Source: Escherichia coli (GTDB lineage Bacteria; Pseudomonadota; Gammaproteobacteria; Enterobacterales; Enterobacteriaceae). From it: 24,000 nt of DNA. Each line of letters begins with the position of its first letter. The first letter of the stretch is position 1. The DNA is taken from assembly GCF_040549745.1 (NCBI RefSeq), contig NZ_CP159641.1. One strand, 5' to 3'. The notes below the pieces were generated by a model that was not told the origin of the DNA, did not search any database, and saw nothing but the letters and a program-made list of their open reading frames with translations. This document shows, piece after piece, positions 20,492 through 24,000 of this stretch. A program made the position numbers and the translations under genes.

Positions 20492-21523
20492 ATGGAAAGT
20501 ACGCCGAAAAAAGCTCCTCGCAGTAAATTCCCTGCTCTGTTAGTGGTTGCGTTGGCGCTGGTTGCCCTTGTTTTCGTTATCTGGCGCGTAGACAGTGCGC
20601 CATCAACTAATGACGCTTACGCGTCAGCAGATACCATTGATGTGGTACCGGAAGTCAGCGGCCGCATTGTAGAACTGGCGGTCACCGACAACCAGGCAGT
20701 CAAACAGGGCGATTTGCTGTTCCGCATCGACCCGCGCCCATACGAAGCCAATCTGGCGAAAGCTGAAGCCTCCCTCGCGGCGCTGGATAAGCAAATTATG
20801 CTCACCCAGCGTAGCGTTGACGCGCAACAGTTTGGTGCCGACTCGGTTAATGCCACGGTAGAAAAAGCCCGTGCCGCCGCGAAACAGGCCACAGATACAT
20901 TACGCCGCACCGAGCCATTACTGAAAGAAGGTTTTGTCTCAGCGGAAGATGTTGACCGTGCAAGAACGGCGCAGCGCGCCGCAGAAGCGGATCTTAATGC
21001 CGTATTGTTACAGGCGCAGTCAGCCGCCAGCGCCGTCAGCGGCGTGGATGCATTAGTTGCCCAGCGTGCGGCGGTCGAAGCGGATATTGCCCTGACCAAA
21101 CTGCATCTGGAAATGGCGACCGTTCGCGCGCCGTTTGATGGCCGGGTCATTTCCCTCAAAACCTCCGTCGGGAAATTTGCTTCTGCCATGCGCCCTATTT
21201 TTACCCTAATCGACACTCGTCACTGGTATGTGATCGCCAACTTCCGCGAAACCGATCTGAAAAATATTCGCTCAGGTACACCCGCAACGATTCGCCTGAT
21301 GAGTGACAGCGGCAAAACCTTCGAGGGTAAAGTGGATTCGATTGGCTACGGCGTGCTACCGGATGACGGCGGCCTGGTGCTGGGCGGCCTGCCGAAAGTG
21401 TCTCGTTCTATTAACTGGGTCCGCGTTGCCCAGCGTTTTCCGGTCAAAATCATGGTCGATAAACCTGACCCGGAAATGTTCCGCATCGGCGCTTCGGCAG
21501 TCGCTAATCTTGAGCCGCAATAA
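20492..21523 (+). CDS. mdtN: MdtN, HlyD-family membrane fusion protein (343 aa)
   Basis: MESTPKKAPRSKFPALLVVALALVALVFVIWRVDSAPSTNDAYASADTIDVVPEVSGRIVELAVTDNQAVKQGDLLFRIDPRPYEA... Confidence 0.95.
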   Translation: MESTPKKAPRSKFPALLVVALALVALVFVIWRVDSAPSTNDAYASADTIDVVPEVSGRIVELAVTDNQAVKQGDLLFRIDPRPYEANLAKAEASLAALDKQIMLTQRSVDAQQFGADSVNATVEKARAAAKQATDTLRRTEPLLKEGFVSAEDVDRARTAQRAAEADLNAVLLQAQSAASAVSGVDALVAQRAAVEADIALTKLHLEMATVRAPFDGRVISLKTSVGKFASAMRPIFTLIDTRHWYVIANFRETDLKNIRSGTPATIRLMSDSGKTFEGKVDSIGYGVLPDDGGLVLGGLPKVSRSINWVRVAQRFPVKIMVDKPDPEMFRIGASAVANLEPQ

Positions 21524-23574
21524 TGAGCGCGCTCAACTCCCTGCCATTACCGGTGGTCAGGCTGCTGGCGTTCTTTCATGAAGAGTTAAGCGAGCGGCGA
21601 CCAGGTCGCGTGCCGCAGACCGTGCAACTCTGGGTAGGCTGCCTGCTGGTGATTCTGATCTCGATGACCTTTGAGATCCCTTTTGTGGCGTTATCGCTGG
21701 CAGTGCTGTTTTACGGTATTCAGTCGAACGCGTTTTACACCAAATTTGTCGCGATCTTGTTTGTGGTTGCCACGGTGCTGGAGATCGGCAGCCTGTTTTT
21801 GATCTACAAATGGTCATACGGCGAACCGTTGATCCGATTGATCATCGCCGGACCGATCCTGATGGGCTGCATGTTTTTGATGCGCACCCATCGCTTGGGG
21901 CTGGTCTTTTTCGCCGTCGCCATTGTCGCTATTTACGGGCAAACCTTCCCCGCCATGCTCGACTATCCGGAAGTGGTCGTGCGCTTAACGCTGTGGTGTA
22001 TCGTTGTTGGCCTCTATCCAACCTTGCTGATGACGTTAATCGGCGTGCTGTGGTTTCCCAGTCGTGCCATTTCGCAAATGCATCAGGCGCTTAATGATCG
22101 GCTTGATGATGCCATTAGTCACCTGACAGACAGCCTCGCACCGCTACCCGAAACGCGGATTGAAAGAGAGGCGCTGGCGCTACAAAAACTCAATGTCTTT
22201 TGCCTCGCGGACGATGCCAACTGGCGAACTCAAAACGCATGGTGGCAAAGCTGCGTGGCAACGGTAACCTACATTTACTCGACGCTGAATCGCTACGATC
22301 CCACCTCTTTTGCTGATTCTCAGGCAATTATTGAATTCCGACAAAAATTAGCCTCAGAAATCAACAAGCTGCAGCATTCCATTGCCGAAGGTCAGTGCTG
22401 GCAAAGCGACTGGCGGATCAGTGAAAGTGAAGCGATGGCGGCACGGGAATGTAACCTGGAGAATATCTGCCAGACGTTGTTACAACTGGGTCAGATGGAC
22501 CCGAATACGCCGCCAACGCCCGCCGCCAAACCACCATCAATGGCCGCCGATGCTTTTACCAATCCAGACTATATGCGCTACGCGGTAAAAACGCTGCTCG
22601 CCTGTTTGATCTGTTACACCTTCTACAGCGGCGTCGACTGGGAAGGCATTCACACCTGTATGCTGACCTGCGTGATCGTCGCTAACCCAAATGTCGGTTC
22701 GTCGTACCAGAAGATGGTGCTGCGTTTTGGCGGGGCTTTTTGCGGCGCGATTCTGGCGCTGTTATTCACGCTACTGGTCATGCCCTGGCTGGACAATATT
22801 GTCGAATTGCTGTTTGTGCTGGCACCTATTTTCCTGTTGGGCGCATGGATTGCCACCAGCTCTGAACGTTCTTCTTATATCGGCACACAGATGGTGGTCA
22901 CCTTCGCGCTCGCCACGCTCGAAAACGTTTTTGGCCCGGTGTACGACCTGGTGGAAATTCGCGATCGCGCCCTGGGTATCATCATTGGTACCGTGGTGTC
23001 CGCGGTGATTTACACCTTTGTCTGGCCTGAGAGTGAAGCGCGCACGCTGCCGCAAAAACTGGCTGGCGCGCTGGGTATGTTAAGTAAAGTAATGCGGATC
23101 CCACGCCAGCAGGAAGTCACGGCTCTGCGCACTTATCTGCAAATTCGTATAGGTCTGCATGCGGCGTTTAATGCCTGTGAAGAGATGTGCCAACGCGTGG
23201 CGCTGGAGCGTCAACTGGACAGCGAAGAACGCGCATTACTGATTGAACGTTCGCAAACGGTTATTCGTCAGGGCCGCGATCTTCTTCACGCCTGGGATGC
23301 CACCTGGAACTCGGCGCAGGCGCTGGATAACGCACTACAGCCGGACAGAGCAGGTCAGTTTGCCGACGCCCTGGAGAAATACGCTGCCGGTCTGGCAACC
23401 GCACTCAGCCGTTCTCCTCAAATAACGCTTGAAGAGACACCCGCCTCTCAGGCCATCCTGCCCACCTTATTAAAACAGGAGCAACACGTCTGCCAGCTTT
23501 TCGCCCGCTTGCCAGACTGGACAGCCCCGGCATTAACGCCCGCCACGGAACAGGCACAAGGAGCCACGCAATGA
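21523..23574 (+). CDS. mdtO: MdtO, FUSC-family inner-membrane efflux component (683 aa)
   Basis: MSALNSLPLPVVRLLAFFHEELSERRPGRVPQTVQLWVGCLLVILISMTFEIPFVALSLAVLFYGIQ...; two blocks of TM helices. Confidence 0.95.
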   Translation: MSALNSLPLPVVRLLAFFHEELSERRPGRVPQTVQLWVGCLLVILISMTFEIPFVALSLAVLFYGIQSNAFYTKFVAILFVVATVLEIGSLFLIYKWSYGEPLIRLIIAGPILMGCMFLMRTHRLGLVFFAVAIVAIYGQTFPAMLDYPEVVVRLTLWCIVVGLYPTLLMTLIGVLWFPSRAISQMHQALNDRLDDAISHLTDSLAPLPETRIEREALALQKLNVFCLADDANWRTQNAWWQSCVATVTYIYSTLNRYDPTSFADSQAIIEFRQKLASEINKLQHSIAEGQCWQSDWRISESEAMAARECNLENICQTLLQLGQMDPNTPPTPAAKPPSMAADAFTNPDYMRYAVKTLLACLICYTFYSGVDWEGIHTCMLTCVIVANPNVGSSYQKMVLRFGGAFCGAILALLFTLLVMPWLDNIVELLFVLAPIFLLGAWIATSSERSSYIGTQMVVTFALATLENVFGPVYDLVEIRDRALGIIIGTVVSAVIYTFVWPESEARTLPQKLAGALGMLSKVMRIPRQQEVTALRTYLQIRIGLHAAFNACEEMCQRVALERQLDSEERALLIERSQTVIRQGRDLLHAWDATWNSAQALDNALQPDRAGQFADALEKYAAGLATALSRSPQITLEETPASQAILPTLLKQEQHVCQLFARLPDWTAPALTPATEQAQGATQ

Positions 23575-24000
23575 TCAATCGTCAACTTTCACGTCTGCTG
23601 TTGTGCAGCATTCTCGGCAGCACGACGCTGATTTCCGGCTGTGCCCTGGTACGTAAGGATTCTGCACCTCATCAACAGCTCAAACCGGAACAAATCAAAC
23701 TGGCCGACGATATTCATCTTGCCAGCTCCGGCTGGCCGCAGGCGCAGTGGTGGAAACAACTCAATGACCCGCAGCTGGATGCGCTGATCCAACGGACGCT
23801 AAGTGGTTCACACACCCTCGCCGAAGCGAAACTGCGGGAAGAAAAAGCGCAGTCCCAGGCCGATTTGTTAGATGCCGGTTCACAGTTGCAGGTCGCAGCG
23901 TTAGGGATGCTCAACCGCCAACGCGTCTCGGCGAACGGCTTTTTAAGCCCTTATGCGATGGATGCGCCAGCACTGGGGATGGACGGGCCGTACTATACGG
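23571..24000 (+). CDS. mdtP: MdtP, outer-membrane efflux factor lipoprotein, 5' part (runs off the window)
   Basis: ATG at 23571 translates to MINRQLSRLLLCSILGSTTLISGCALVRKDSAPHQQLKPEQIKLADDIHLASSGWPQAQWWKQLNDPQLDALIQRTLSGSHTLAEAK...; lipobox ISGC and TolC/OMF-type N-terminus. Missed by the supplied ORF track because it is truncated. Confidence 0.93.
   Translation, partial: MINRQLSRLLLCSILGSTTLISGCALVRKDSAPHQQLKPEQIKLADDIHLASSGWPQAQWWKQLNDPQLDALIQRTLSGSHTLAEAKLREEKAQSQADLLDAGSQLQVAALGMLNRQRVSANGFLSPYAMDAPALGMDGPYYT

Overview
This window looks like an ordinary, well-known Escherichia/Shigella chromosomal region. It carries the 3' end of phnD, then phnEFGHIJKLMNOP (C-P lyase/phosphonate operon), yjdP and rpiB on the minus strand, rpiR-alsB-alsA-alsC-alsE-alsK (D-allose operon), yjcS (alkylsulfatase-like), ytcA, and mdtN-mdtO-mdtP (partial; MFP/FUSC/OMF efflux). 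Genes were identified by recognising the protein sequences and the gene order; no database search was run. I found no convincing previously undescribed system. The points worth a second look are allelic or structural. (1) A 768-bp IS1 interrupts alsA, with an apparent 8-bp target duplication. (2) phnD lacks its expected stop codon and reads 77 codons through a REP/BIME into phnE out of frame. (3) phnE appears intact, unlike the cryptic K-12 allele. (4) A BIME separates phnK from phnL in an otherwise gapless operon. (5) YjdP has a heptad-periodic charged C-terminus. (6) Several hairpins or palindromes lie in intergenic regions.
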